Shown in pieces: positions 37,206-52,664 of a DNA stretch of 64,000 bases. The translations under genes were made by a program, and so were the position numbers. Positions within the stretch are counted from its first letter, which is position 1, and the number at the start of each line of letters is the position of its first letter. The DNA lies in the NCBI GenBank assembly GCA_012295275.1, contig CM022672.1:14756001-14820000 (forward strand), written 5' to 3'. This DNA comes from Chrysomallon squamiferum (taxonomy: Eukaryota > Animalia > Mollusca). Below the pieces are notes generated by a model that worked only from the letters and a program-made list of their open reading frames with translations, searched no databases and was not told the origin of the DNA.

Positions 37206-38862
37206 GCTTTAATAAAAGTAAGACAGAAATAGACAGGGCGTTTTTCACAAATTTAAATATATATCAGTCGTATGTTTATGTGGTGTGACTTAACATAATA
37301 TTAAGTCTTATAGATCTCTGTGTCCGCATTTAACATATTGCCATTATTTCCCTTCGTTTTATTTTGTCTTTGTAGATAATAACTTTCAGTTAGTATTTTT
37401 CTACGTATGTAAGAACTCACTAGACAAACTCATGTTATCAGTTCCGAGGTCTCCTACCTGTAATTAACCTTTCTCGTTCGTTCAGTCTAATCGTGTTTGT
37501 TTTGTGCGCATTTCAGTGTCGGCGGGAGTTCAGATAACAGTAACAACGTTCGTAACAAGTGTCAGATAACTGCACAGCGTTTGTGGAAGAGAGCTGGGAT
37601 TTGTCTGAAATGCAGACAGATACGTATATGTGAAAATATGCATGCATATATACATAGATATATGCACACATGTACATACACAAACATAAGTATATTCGTT
37701 ATATATATAAATAGTAACTTACGCATACGCATATACATGCACATATATCATACACACACGAGATGAATTAGAGAACGAGAATGCATAAGTACATGGCATG
37801 CATTAATAATACAAGGACTCTAATTAATCAAAGCTGTAAAATGGCAGAGTATATACACTTTTTGTTTCTATGATGTAATTTCAAAGAAGTCGTTTTCAAA
37901 AATAAAAACAAGAAGAGTAAGAAAAATAAATATTGTTTCTCTCTCTCTTTCTCTCTCTCTCTCAAACACACATACATACACACACACACGATATATCTCT
38001 CTTCTTGTTAAAGATATATATATATACACACACATATGCACACTCACACACACACACAAACAGATGTATATATATATTTTTTATCTGACGTAGACAGACT
38101 ACAATACTATCATTTATTTTTCAGACAATAATTAACAATGAACTCCTCTGCATGTAAAACAAAACTCTATTTTCTGTTAATTTCACTTCTGTAAAACTGA
38201 TCATTGATGCTTTATCTTACAAGAGACTCGTAAGCGTTTTAGTAGTTGTAAATACTGCCATGTTCGTCGCCATTGTGCCTTGGTCGTCACGTGATACATG
38301 AATACGCTTTTATTACGCAAGATTTAAAAGGGATAACACAGTAGTTATAAATGTCTGTATAATGAAATATGCTCTTTAAATGAAGAGATTTTGTGAAGAT
38401 AATTATAAGTAATGGAGCTTCTAAATGAAGAAGATACAGATCCAGTCCCAAAGAGGAAAATTTCGAAAGAAAATAAAATAATCACAAAACAAATTCAAAC
38501 AAAGCAACTGTGTCTACAGTTCAGTCAGTAATGATAAAATAAAAGATAAAATTTATCAAGAAAAAAAGAAAAAAGAAAGGAAAACAGGTTTAAGAAAAGA
38601 AAGAGAGTAACATCACAAAAACATGCACGGAGATATAAGCCGCACAGACAGACAGACAGACAGACAGATTTAATCCAATTAATAATAATTATAGAATTAT
38701 AAAATCCTTTTTAACAACAGTTATCGTACGTTCCTGTATCCAACTCTCACTTTAAAAAATATTTTAATATTTATGATTAAAAGTGTGTATGTGTATACTA
38801 GTGGTTAGAATGAACTCGTTTTATATATATATATATATTGTGTTGTGTGTGAGTATGTGTGT

Positions 38863-38959
<97 letters not shown>

Positions 38960-39821
38960 GCAGCTTAGAATCTTAAAACTCGTCTTTAGAACCTGGACCT
39001 TAACCCAGCAGGTATATTTCACGTGTACATAAATGAATTTCACTTTCGTTGATGAAAAGTCCTAAACAGACGTATATATGAATGGAGACCACTTCACCGC
39101 AAAATTAATATTATTATTTAGAATGAAGTTGTTTCTCTTAGATACCATCTGTTTACGTGTTTTTGTATAAAATGCCACGCTTAACGGACACGCCCAAACA
39201 TGATATATGAATAAATAAAAGTATAGAAGAAACTATAGATGATTTTAAAATGAGGAAAAAAAAAAAAAAAATGAAAAAAAAGTCTAAATGCAATAAGTTA
39301 AGTGATTAAAAACAGTTATGAGTTTATGTGTGAAGGTATTGTGGACAAACTAAAGAAAGGGCACATTCATATAACACAAAGATCACGTGAGTGAAAGAAT
39401 GATGCAATAAAAACAAGTAATGTATCTACGTTGTAGAATAATAACGGTGATATGACGTTCTATTATTAGACAGCAGAATTCGAGTTCGGAACTGAACTCT
39501 TGTGGTACAAGATAAAATGTCGATTAACTTCATTCTCTGAAAGTGTTGTCTTTGTGTCAAGAATGTCTGGTTGTTTTTAATTAATTTATTTCTCTCTTAG
39601 CCGCACGTATACAAAATCGATCACACGCACAGACAAAATACACTTATACAACACATGCGTGCGCTTTAACACTTAATCATATCTATGTAAATGATTTATA
39701 TTTATACACACACACACACACTCAAACACACAATATACACAAGAATGCATGAATGTATGTGTATGTGCAAACACACAATATACACAAGAATGCATGAATG
39801 TATGTGTATGTGTATGAAGAG

Positions 39822-39859
<38 letters not shown>

Positions 39860-40125
39860 AGTTAGTTAGTTCTCAATTCCGTAAAACATTAGGTATGTGT
39901 CCCTTTGAAGAGAAAGACATAATTTCATTTTGTCACTATAGTTATTGAGAACTAGAAACTAAACATAATTAAATGGTATATGTTCCTTTCAAGAACAAAA
40001 AAAGAAGAAGAAACTAAAAAAAAAAAAAAAAAATACCAAACAAAACACTCATTTATATTGTGTAATATAGAGAAATCAAAGACTTTCCTTTGAAAATAAA
40101 GATCTTTTTATTGAAGACGTATACC

Positions 40126-40188
<63 letters not shown>

Positions 40189-40345
40189 ATGTCACTTATT
40201 CATAGACCTACTAATGAAAAAAGGAGATACTGTCACTAAATGCAGAAAACAGTATATTTACTATGATGAACGACATTTTGTAGTACAAACAAAACTACAT
40301 AGATATGCATATACATACATTTTAGGCAGAAGGATACATATATAT

Positions 40346-40447
<102 letters not shown>

Positions 40448-41844
40448 GGCTAAAACAACACGCACAACTAGACACATACACCCAAACAATCTGACAGACA
40501 CTGCCCTGTCCACGTTCTTGTTTTTAACACGTGGTTGCATTCGAAGACATTCTCTTTATTCAAAACTACAGCTATTACAACTGCTGCTGTTACTGCTACT
40601 ACGCCTACTATTACAATGACGATTTACAGATATGTACAGAGAGCCAAAGAGATAAAGTGACAGACATACAGGCAGCCAGGTGTCCAAACAGATATACTCT
40701 CAAACCCATGCACAAATGTACAAACACAAAAACACACATTTAACACAAACAAAACCCTCTTTCTTCAAAGACAGAGGAACTATCGCCAATATTTACGGTC
40801 TTGTCTTAATGTTTCTGTTTCATTTTAAAATTAATTTGTTTTACAATCTTATCTGGCTGAACCATGGCGCACAGAGAATAATCAGTGTTAACTGGATATA
40901 TCCGACAGTTTCATTCATAAATGCATGTAAATATAGCAGATACCGACCACAATAAACCACCTTCTAAGAAAATTCGAAGACGAAGTAAACTATTTTGAGT
41001 AATAACTAGGTGCAGCTTCTGAAGTTTTAATGAAGAATTCCTATTGCTTTGACCTTTTCACGATAATCAAATGTATGTGGGTGCGTATGTATGTATGTAT
41101 GTGTATATGTATATATGTGTATGTATTTTACGATTATGAATATTCTCTGTCTCGTGTACATCTGATTAGACTCTGCACATAGACAATACTGGTGAATGTA
41201 CTGGCGCAGGAGGACAAAGTCCAGTCACGACCTCACAAACCCGTCAGATGCCGCTGACGAGACTCGAACGTATGGCAGCCATTCGCCTACACTCCAAAGA
41301 CGGACGGTGTTACCGTTCAGCCATCAAGACAACCCAGATGTGTGTGTGTGTGTGTGCGTGTGCGTGTGTGTGTGTGTACGTATGTGTGTTCGTAATTTTT
41401 TGTATGTTTATGTATGTATATATGTTTCTCTATATATATTTCATTTTGTTTTTGTTTATTTATTTATTTAGTTAGTTATTTTCATCTGATTAAGTTTTTT
41501 TTAACATTTAAAAAGTAAACAAGCTGCCATTCACATATTTATTATCATAACCCAAGCAACATAAACATTCATAGTTATAATATAAAAGCTGAGTTATTAC
41601 TTTTTTTTTTTAAAATAAAATTAAAGAACATGCCCGAATTGCCAAGAATTATCTTCGCTTTTTATTTATGCATCTCTTGATAACATCATTTTGAAAAAAG
41701 TCGCTCGAAGAAAGAGTTCACTTTCATTTGCCATCAAACGTATTTAGTTCAGAAGTGCCGACAGACGAGTCTTTATAATATACTACTTAAATAAAATAGA
41801 AAAAAAAGAAATATAATGTACAGAGATCGCTGTAGAGAGAAAGA

Positions 41845-42010
41845 CGTTGTTGTTGTTGTTACTGCTGTTGTTAATGTTATTATTTCTGTTGTTATTGTTG
41901 TTGTTGTTGTTGTTATTACTGCTGTTGTTAATGTTATTATTTCTGTTGTTATTATTGTTGTTGTTGTTGTTATTACTGCTGTTGTTAGTGTTATTATTTC
42001 TGATATTGTT
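41845..42010. repeat. (GTT)-based ~57-bp tandem repeat, 3 copies
   Basis: actgctgttgtta.tgttattatttctg repeated three times. Confidence 0.85.
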
Positions 42011-42536
42011 GTTGTTGTTCCTGCTGCTGCCTTTGTCATTATTATTGTTAATGTTATAACTGTTGTTATTATTATTACTATTGTTATTGTTGATGGTCTT
42101 GTTACCATCTTTATCATAATCATCGCCATCATCATTATCATTATCATAAGAATAAACTTATTTATCTCTTTTGTTCCGTTTTTGATTTAAAGTAGAAAGG
42201 AACGTATAATCTTTTATATACGCTTCGAAAACCTTCACAAATCTCACCACTCCTTCAGAATTTTTATTCTTTTTTTCTCAAAAAATTAAAGAAAGAAAAA
42301 AATGACGTACAAACACACAAAAAAATACGTCTACAAAAAAAAAAAAAAAAAAAAAAAAAGAAGAAGAAGAATATAATAATAAATAAATAATAACTGAAAC
42401 GATAAACACAGAAAAACGCACATTCTTGCATTCTTCACGTAGACGGTTATGGAAACCGCGAGAGAGAGATTCTGAAAATGTTCCGTAACTGAAAACAGGG
42501 AAACGATTTTGCAGTCGGACAGACAGCAGAATGCTG

Positions 42537-42617
42537 CACGTGGTTACGGTTAAGGCTCTAAACGACGCTCGTGCGATTCTGCACGTGGTGCAACGTCACG
42601 TGGTGCAGCGTCACGTG
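42537..42617. promoter_or_regulatory. Cluster of four canonical E-boxes in a CpG-rich patch
   Basis: CACGTG at 42537, 42582, 42597 and 42612. Confidence 0.55.
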
Positions 42618-43270
42618 CTGGTGATCTGTCTCTGGAATGTGAGACTCTGGGTGCGGCGTGTGTGGCGTGGCTCGCAGGGTCCGGAGAGCGGAATGGGTGT
42701 GTCTCGTCCGTGCGCAAGTCAGAAGAAAAGTTAAAGAATATTTTGCCAACGCAAGCAGACAGCAAGTACGTACAGAAGATATTACAGTTCCTATTTATAA
42801 ACATTAGTGCATATACGCTGATATATATATAATAAACGCACATATACGTATGTATATAATACTGAATGTATTTATAAAATAATTATTACATACACTGATA
42901 TATAATAAAATGCAAATAGACATTATATAAAATGCACATATTACACAACATTTATTTAATTATTTACTTACTTACTAATTTTCTGTTTATTCATATATTT
43001 TCTATTTATTAATATTTATTTTTCTGTTTATTTTCTATTTATTATTATACCCAGATAAGTTTACTGTATTAAATAAATATATACTAACAAGAAGCAAATA
43101 AAATGTTCTTATTTAGATAAATATACATATCTAGACCATATGTACTCGTGTTTAAAGGTTTAAAACATTATAGTAAAATGTGAGATACTAAATATATCAG
43201 TTATTTAATTCTTCACTATACAGATATTCCTACATTTTTTAAATCAAGAATGTCTGTTTTATTTTCTTTC

Positions 43271-43342
<72 letters not shown>

Positions 43343-44439
43343 AAATAAATTTAAAAAAAACCTAAATTAATCCAAAAACATATTTTTAAATTAAAACAAA
43401 AATCCTAATTAGAAGGATGATTAGATTAGTGTTCAGATATTTAGACTGCAAAAATATTTTCGACATAACTTATCTATTAAGTATATTTTTTTTGTGTTTG
43501 TCAATGCGTATCTCTGCTTTTACATTATCTTCTTAATAATATATACCTATCCATCAGCGCATCCATAAATCCATGCATACAACCATCCATCCATACATCT
43601 GTTTATCCATCAGTCTGTGTATCTTTCTTTCTGTCTGTCTGTCTGTCTACCCATCTATCTACGTGTATTTCTATATATTTGTCTAACTATAGGCTGTGTC
43701 TCTGTCTATTTATCTTACACAATATTTTCTTACCTTCAGTCTTTGTACGTTAATGCCTACTTCTGTATAAATGCATAGCGGATGAAAAAATGCATTATTT
43801 AAAATGCCAAACGTTAAAAAAAAAAAATAAGTCGTAAAACTTTTAAAACAGGCATATCCGGTTATGTCAGTTAACTACCGCAGTTTAAACATTTATTTTA
43901 CAGCAGTCAGAAAAAAAAAAAAGAAGATAAAAAAAAGCCAGAAAAAGCCAGAAAAAAAAAGTGCTGCATGTAAAATGTATTCTGACTGAATATTCGTTCT
44001 AGATTACAAAAAAAAAAAAAAAAAAAAAAAAACAAACAACTTTCAACGTTCTGTCAAACATCATTAAAATGGGGTGTAAATTTGTTTTCTATCAGTGGAG
44101 GAAACGCTAAGAAGTGATTAGATTATCTTTATTTTTTTATATATATACGAATGTTTAATTCAGTCAGGCAAGTTTTGAAGAAACGACGAAGGAAAGATGA
44201 GAGTCTGTACCCACGTGTGTTAACAGATTTCTGATGGGACAATATCACAGTTTACTAAAATCCATAAAACTCAGTCAAATTTCTCTCTCGCGACCTGGAT
44301 ATTGTCATTGGTCTGTAAGACTCCACAGGACTGGAATTTCATTCGTTATTCTGTAGAACTGAACAGATAGCACTTCCAAAAATAGTAGGGGCTTTTTCAG
44401 ATTATGAAAAGTAATTAATGTCATATAAAAATAAATAAA

Positions 44440-44472
<33 letters not shown>

Positions 44473-46468
44473 ACCTGAAATAAAAAGATACCTAATGAAA
44501 ATATCAGTGAAACCATGAGACATCAAATTTACAAAATATGTGAAGAGATACACTAAGTCATTTCAAATAACAAATAACAGTGAAATGATACGTAATGACA
44601 CTGAATTACACTGAAATTTCATCAGTAGATGAAAATCAAATGAAATAGCATATAGCATGATATCAGTTGACAGTATAATTATGAGACATCAAATAATAAT
44701 AAAACTGAGCTGATATGTAACAAATACAACAAGTAACGGTAACACCTATAGCAAAACATTAGCAATAACTCTAGACTGACAAATAATAAAAACATCAACA
44801 ATAACTGACTTCATGACAAAGACGACAAAGACAATAGAAAAACAAAACTTAATCATAACAAAGATAAAATAATAACAATAACCCTGAACTGACATAAAGC
44901 AAAGATATCAAAAAATAATAATGCTATTTGTATAATATACACGTATAAAATATAATAATTATACTATTGTTATTACTACTACTACTACTACTACTACTAC
45001 TAATAATAATAATAATAACAAAACTTTCAATATAATATAACAACAACAACAACAACAATAATAATATCAACAACAATAAAGAAGCATACATTCTGAATAG
45101 AGACAAAAAAAAAAAAAAAAATGTCTGACAGTCTGTTTTAGACATAATTTTTTTTTTTTTTTTTATTTTATCACATTGAGCTACGACAGAGATGAAGTCG
45201 TAATACATTTAGATTGCACCACACACACACGTGAAACCCGAACACACGTGACTGACTGTTTCGGATACTTGACTCTGACAGAGTTGTGTTTTTGACAGCG
45301 TTTTTTTCACTTCTGAAGAAAGATCTGTGCTGTTTTATTCGTCGACTTTTCTGCCAACAAACAAGTATTTACTGATTTGTTAACAGATGCTGGGAAAACG
45401 TTTTAGAAATATTTCTGTCTATGTGTCTCATACCTGCAGACCACAGTAGGAATATTGTCTTTGGGGTTTTATCTTTCTGTTTGTTTGTTTATTTGTTGGT
45501 TTTCTATTTATTTATTTATCATCTGTTTATTTATTTATTTATTTATTTTATTTTATTTTATTTTATTTATTTCTGTTTATTTTCTGGCTTTTTTCTGTTT
45601 TTTGTTTGTTTGTTTTTTTGTATTAATCTTTCTATTTATTTATTTACTTACATACTTACTTACTAATTTTCTATTTATTTACATATTTTCTATTTATTAA
45701 TATTTATTTTTCTGTTTATTTTCTTTTTATTATTTTTTATATTCCACCTTTAATATAATGTCTCTCTTTTTATCAACTTCTTTCATTTTGCAGAAATATC
45801 ACAAGGTTATAAAGTTAACTCTGGCAGTGTTTTATACATAATTATAACAGAATAAATTTAAACACTGGCCAACCACTTAAGAATGTTTTTCTTACGTTTC
45901 TCTATTTTTTTCTTTTATATTTATTTATTTATTTATTATTATTATTTTATTTATTTTTTATTTTATTTATTTTCACTTTTCTTTTTTAAGAAAAAACTAC
46001 ATTTGAAATCGCAAAAAGAATCTAAATAGACAAGTGACCTTTTTCTTAATGTGTGTAAGAGGTCAAATGACGCGTTTTTGTAGCCCGCTGTAGAGCCGCC
46101 ATTATATAGCTTCATCATTCTTCTTAACTGAAGCATTCAGAGCATTAATCATTTTATATACTAAGAGCATTCTACAAGTGATATATGGGAGAGTTTGGGA
46201 GCCACCCAAATTACTTTTACGCTTGGTAGGTCTTCTGTTCTGTTCTACTTGGGATTTTTTTTTTTGTTTTCTTGTTGCTGAAGACGAATAAAATCAAATT
46301 ACTGGAATTACTGGGATGAAAATCTCCTTTCTTGATTGGTCTAATAACATTCGGTGATGGTTAACTCAGAGAAAATAGTTCGTCTTTAAAAATATAATTA
46401 AAAAATAATAATAATAATAATAATAATAATAGTAATAGTAATAATAATAATAATAGTAATAATAAATA

Positions 46469-46551
<83 letters not shown>

Positions 46552-47481
46552 GTTATAATGTTTGACACCCACACATTCAGACATTTTTTTTCGTGTAGAA
46601 GAATGTTCGGCGGGTATGTTGCTTTACCCATTTGCTCCTTGATCCAGGAATATTAACGACGACGATTACAACAACAACAAAAACAACAACAACAATAATA
46701 ATAACGTTCGGTGATCAGAGTCGTTGATTTTAGTCTTTATGGGTTGTAAGATCAACCCTTGTCTGAGCGTCATTTGTATCTTATATTAAAGCCACTACCT
46801 CAAACACTGTGGTATGTGTTGTCCTGTATGAGAAACGGTGTATAAAACAAAAAACTGACGTCAAACAAGAGGAGCACCCAGTGTACTTAAATGAAGTGAA
46901 ATTGAGGATTTTCTTTCATATAATAAATGCATATAAATATTATACAAATACTCATGTGTGTGGAATTTGTGTGCGCGCGCGTGTGTGTGTGTTCATATTA
47001 TAAATGAACCAAAATAAACAATAACTCAGTTACCTAATAATTTATTAATTTATTCGTGTAGCAGAAAAAAAAACAAAGAAGTAAAAACAATAAACAGAAT
47101 CAGAACAAAGATGAAAAAGGTTAAAGATTTATTGGAAAGTTCTTGCCCCAAATCCAAAAATGATGAATACAGATAACAACTGACTTCATTTCAAGATGTA
47201 GAAAGCGTGTTTATAACAACAGTTCACAGAAAGAAACAGTTTTGTTTTGATTTTCTTGACGACAGAAATATATCAGTAAAAAAAACAAAAGAAACCATCA
47301 ACTCTGATCAGAAGACTTTGCTGTCGAAATATCTTAACACAAATACATTATAGCAGCAACAAGAACAACAGAACAGCAACAAAAGCAACAGAGACAAAAT
47401 GTACAATAACTACAGTACTAACAACAGCAACAGCAGCAACCATAACAAAAATGTGACGATGATGACGATGACGATGATGAC

Positions 47482-47519
<38 letters not shown>

Positions 47520-47696
47520 TAATAATAATAATAATAGTATCAGCAGAGTTTTTAGTCAAAATATTTGAAAATAATAAAATATAAATGAATAAATAAATAA
47601 AACAAATAGAACAACAAACAACAACAGTAATAACAAGTACAGGACATTTTGGCGAACAATATCAACCCTAAAATTTTCTTTAAAATTAATAGTTAA

Positions 47697-47727
<31 letters not shown>

Positions 47728-48679
47728 AAAAAAAATAAAAATATATGAAGTTCAAGTCTGCCTAACAGCTGAGTATCATGCAGAACTTATCAGAAAAAAA
47801 AAAGAAAGAAAGAAATAGTAAACATCTTTCCTAATTTCATAAACCGTGAGATATTTTGAGATTTAAAAAAAAATTGTTTAAAAAATGTGAACATAAACAT
47901 TTTTATGCTAACAATGTGTCTTACTTGATACATTCATTTTAGAAAGCTTTCTCAGTTTCTTTGGTTTAACGACAAGGATTTTTTTTATATTTTTTTTTAT
48001 ATTTTTTAATGACTATACCGTTTGAAGATAAATAACGAAACAAGTTATATATTCCGTTATTTCACTCACGTGCACACATGCACGTACATATGCCCGTTTG
48101 TATTAGTTGCAATAGATGATCGCTACTCGCTGTTTTGTTCTTCGCTTTTCTGCTGCAGTGTAGTTATTTATTTAATCTGTTTTTCTTTTAGTTCTGTTTT
48201 CTTTTCTTTATTTATTTAAAAAAAAAAAAAAAAAAAAAAACTCACTTTAACCTTTCTGAAACAATTAGAAATAAAGAATAAAAGAATGCTGAATATTGTT
48301 TTAAAAAGTAGTTTTCCTGCAGGAATAACCAATTCTTCCGTCACTAGTTATTTGACACATTTAAGCAATGTTTTTTTTTTTTTTATAAGTATATTTCTAA
48401 TCATACATACATAGAACTGGACAAAAATATCATATAGGTGGTGTGTGTGTATGTGTGCGTATGTGTGTTCATGTGTATGTGTAAGAGAGGGAGTGTTGTT
48501 TTTATCCTGTTGTATCTACATATCATCAGCAGTATATTATAAATAAAAAGACATGATATACTTATGCGTGAATACGTAAATTTATACCAAATTAAAGAGT
48601 TCTGTGTCGGAATGGGAAAATGGGAGCTATCGTTCATAACAAAATATTATAGTAAAATAGTTGAATCACTTAATATTTG

Positions 48680-49160
48680 TACCCAGCCATTTTAACTGGC
48701 AGCCATTTTTTTTTTTTTTTTTTTTTTGATTTGTTTCCCCGACAACACTTAAATAAACGACACCAATGTGTCCGCAATGACGTCACGAATTCAGAAAAAT
48801 GGCGTTCTCCAGATTGTCTTAATTGTCGACCAACATTTGTACTTCGTTTACGTCAGTTAAAACTGAAAACAACATAGCTGCAAGTATTCAGGTTACATTT
48901 AGTCTATTTCTTTGTCTTACACTTTAACATATATTTGCTCACGTGTAAACATAACAGTTCCTCATACAGCGAGTGGTATAGTCGGTTATCGTGGTCAAAG
49001 GTGTATCAAAAAAACAACATAAGAAAAATGTAATGGCGGAAACAGCTATAGGGTCTTGGCTGTGTGATCCAGAGTCGATCATGATAATGCAAGCTGGTTC
49101 AATATATGTCAATGCCCCGGGGTGAGGCGCGCGAGATAACATGCGTGCTGCCATTTGTTT
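48680..49160. promoter_or_regulatory. CpG-rich motif cluster (CRE, CCAAT, YY1-like, E-box)
   Basis: TGACGTCA at 48778, CCAAT at 48763, AAAATGGCG at 48796, GCCATTTT at 48686 and 48702, CACGTG at 48940. Confidence 0.35.
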
Positions 49161-49374
49161 TGTTCTTTTCTTTTACTTACATTTTGTTTGTTTATTTGGC
49201 AGGTGTTTTCTAGCTTTTTTGTTTGGTAGTGGAGAAAGGGGATTTTTTTTTTCTTCTTGTTTTTTTTTAATTTTTTTTATTTGTATGTTTGGGTTTTTTT
49301 TTTTGGGGGGGGTGTTTTTTTTTTTTTTTTTTTGGTGCAAAAATAATAAATTCTAAACCTTCTGGTGTTTTTTA

Positions 49375-49409
<35 letters not shown>

Positions 49410-50024
49410 CGTCCTATAAATGGAGTAAATTAAAATTAATTTCTTAAATAACAAATCTGATATAAAATATTTACTATACTCCTGGTTGACAGTGGTTTCC
49501 TGGACCTAGATTTAACTATGAAAGTTTACTTAACTCAGTCCAAACTATAAGAAAAAGGGTGGGACCGTCAGCGTATCATTACCACAACCATACACCCTCC
49601 CTTTCCCCAAAATTAGATACATTTCTGATGCCCGGGGGGACAATAAACAAGCTGAAGAAGGTTCAGAATATACGAAGGGCATTTGGAATGATCTGAGACT
49701 GAGATACGTGACCTCCAGCACCGATACGTCATCGTCTCACTTAAAGAGTATCGTAGCAGAGTTCATTTCACTGAGATTTAATTTAGTTTAATCTTAACTC
49801 TCTCAGACTAGAAACTATTTTAGCGAGTTTATATGTTTGGTTTTTTTTTCCTATGTAAGTTTCACGAGGCTGTTCTTAGAATAGGCTGTTAATTGATAAT
49901 GACGTTACAAGTGTATGTGTGTGTGTGTGTGTGTGTGTGTACGCGTGTGTGCGCACGTGAGAGAGTTCACGAGTTAAGATATTCACGCAGTACTTAGATA
50001 TTTCGACTCCTAAGAGCATGTTTT

Positions 50025-50115
50025 TTTCTGTGTATGGGAAGGTGTGTATAAAATATTACTTGCTGCTAATTGTTACGAGCAGACCATGAGATGGAAAGCA
50101 GCAGCGAGTTTCATG
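50025..50115 (+). mobile_element. Fragment of the same interspersed repeat
   Basis: ctgtgtatgggaaggtgtgtataaaatattacttgctgctaattg...gcagcgagtttc. Confidence 0.55.
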
Positions 50116-50346
50116 TTTTCATATCAGAGTTATCAAAAACAACAAAGACGACGACGATCACATACATCCAGAGATATTAGATACATTCATTCATTCATTA
50201 TTAATTAATACCGAGATTATGATTATTATATAATTAAAAGATTTGCTGTTTTAAAATGACATTTTTTTATATTAAATGCAATGTGAGCCTTTTGAGTTTT
50301 TTAACGATACTGATATTATACAGCTCTGTACTGGACATTCCTTCAT

Positions 50347-50444
<98 letters not shown>

Positions 50445-51796
50445 AAGAATCCTGTCCGTCTTTGAATCTGTATTTGTCTCATGGTATCTTTTTAGTTTAT
50501 CTCTTCTAGTTTCTATCTGCATCTCTCTATATCTCAGTTATTTGTTTTTCCTTGCTTTAAAAAGCAGAATCCAGTTGTAAATGTCTTCATATTGAAGCCA
50601 CATGATTATGGATCTGACTAAGAATAAATAGACTGTGTTTAACATATTGATTTCTCACAAATAAAAACGGAATTGAAAAGAGCCAGACACAAAGTTATTG
50701 AAGACATATGCCAAAATAAAATATTCTATCGACTCCAGCCTCTGCTTAATAAGCAGTTAGCTGCAGTGCCTGACATTATGGAGACTTAACTTTATTTAGA
50801 TGTTTGATACCACTGTGACAGAGAAAATAGGCCATTTAGTAATTTATGCAAATGAGTAAATAAATAGGTAACTTTGTCAAGTTTGGATCTTCATTTATTT
50901 ATTTATTTATTTATTTATTTAAATAAGAGGAGGTTTATTTAACAACAGTTTATTATAATTTGCAATAAATAAATACATTAATTAATTAATATGTATCTAC
51001 ACTAAGACGATCTTTGTTGCTTACAGATATTTCAGGTTGTAATAAATTAATTCGATAATTCGTAACCAGCATTAAGTTCCCTTCACTGAGTTTGAATATA
51101 ATAATGATACTTTTTTTTATGAAAAGGCATCTAAAGTCATCGAATTTCTTCGAGGACCGAAAATATTCATTACACTGTTATTAATTTAAATTATGTTACA
51201 TTCAACGTCTATCGGTAATATAGCTTACTGAAGAACAGGATTTGTTCAGAATTAAACGAATACTGAAGAACTACATCATTATCGATAACACTGGAAATAT
51301 TTCGACACTGAGGAGAAAAGCGGGACACTTACAGTGGAGAAATAATCACAAAGATTAGACTCCGTAACGACTTCTAAAAAGACAGACAAATTAATAAATA
51401 AAAAACTAAAAATAAGGCTCATAGAAGTACCGAGTATTAAAAGACAGACAAATCAATATGGAATAAAATGTAACATTTGCTTTCGAACCGAAATTGTGAT
51501 GGTTTTTTCGATCGTTTTATAATGACTGTTGTAAAACAGTGAGTATTCAAGCAGATTAATTTAAAGTGATTCTGTTGCCCTGTTTCTGATCTGGTGTTTT
51601 CTGTTCTATTGATTTGTAATGCTCATAGTGACTGTAAGATTCCTGTCGTCTGTTTTATCATTTTATGACAGGGTATTTAGTGAGGCTTCGTGGGACGCAG
51701 GATCGAACCTTTTTAATGTAACAGACTGGTTAATGTCATTCACACGTACATACATACATACATACATAAATACATGTATCTATCTATCTATCTATC

Positions 51797-51844
<48 letters not shown>

Positions 51845-52664
51845 ACTTTAATACATGTAAATCACACATACACACATATCTATATATCTATATATATATA
51901 ATTTACATATATTAAAACATAAATTAATATATTGCACAGACACACAGACAGACAGACACACACATACATATAGAGACAGAGAAAGAGGCACTTATGTAGG
52001 AAATTAGAGTTATATTGCAAAGGTAAGAACAGTATTTCTCATTCGTCATGGACAGGGTTATGCAAAAAATTTCAGTTCGTATCTGTTACTCAGTTTTATT
52101 TTTTCGTGATTAAATAGATCTGTGCTCGTCTTCAGGAATACTGTCCTTTTTTCTTCTAATGTTTGTTTTATTTCTCTTTAATTTTTTTTTTTTCTGTGAA
52201 AAAGCAACCGGTAAAGACCAATGAATATAACTACTATCATAGCTACACAACATTCTTGATAAAGTTGGACCAACTTGTTCAAAATCCGTTTTTTAGCTTT
52301 ATACTGAACATTATTTCTCAGTCGTCATTATCCTACACTAGTAACTGTTTATTATCTAAACTGCAACGCCAGAAAATATATAAATGTTCAGTCTTTATTT
52401 TAAATATCTAAATTTTGTTTGGCTCCCAGTAATTAACTATGTCATTAGAAATCATGGTTGCAGGATACTGTTATATTTACTGCAATTGCAGTAGGCCTGT
52501 TTAGCAGTATTACAAATTTAACTAGAACTGAACAAGAGCCAAAATTTTACGAAAGCAGATGTGTCCGTTAACTGGGTGAATTTCACATTTAATCGATAAT
52601 CTTTTAAAGTCTTTTAACCCCTCGTCAGACGAATTTCTGACACACATTCGTCGCATTATTTAAT

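Noticed and set aside
41773-42190. Thr-rich mucin-like or poly-Val/Leu ORFs
   Set aside because: Derived from (GTT)/(ATT) simple repeats, with no supporting splice structure or domain.
42531-42843. ORFs with HVVQR repeats
   Set aside because: By-product of the 15-bp E-box repeat; no homology recognised.
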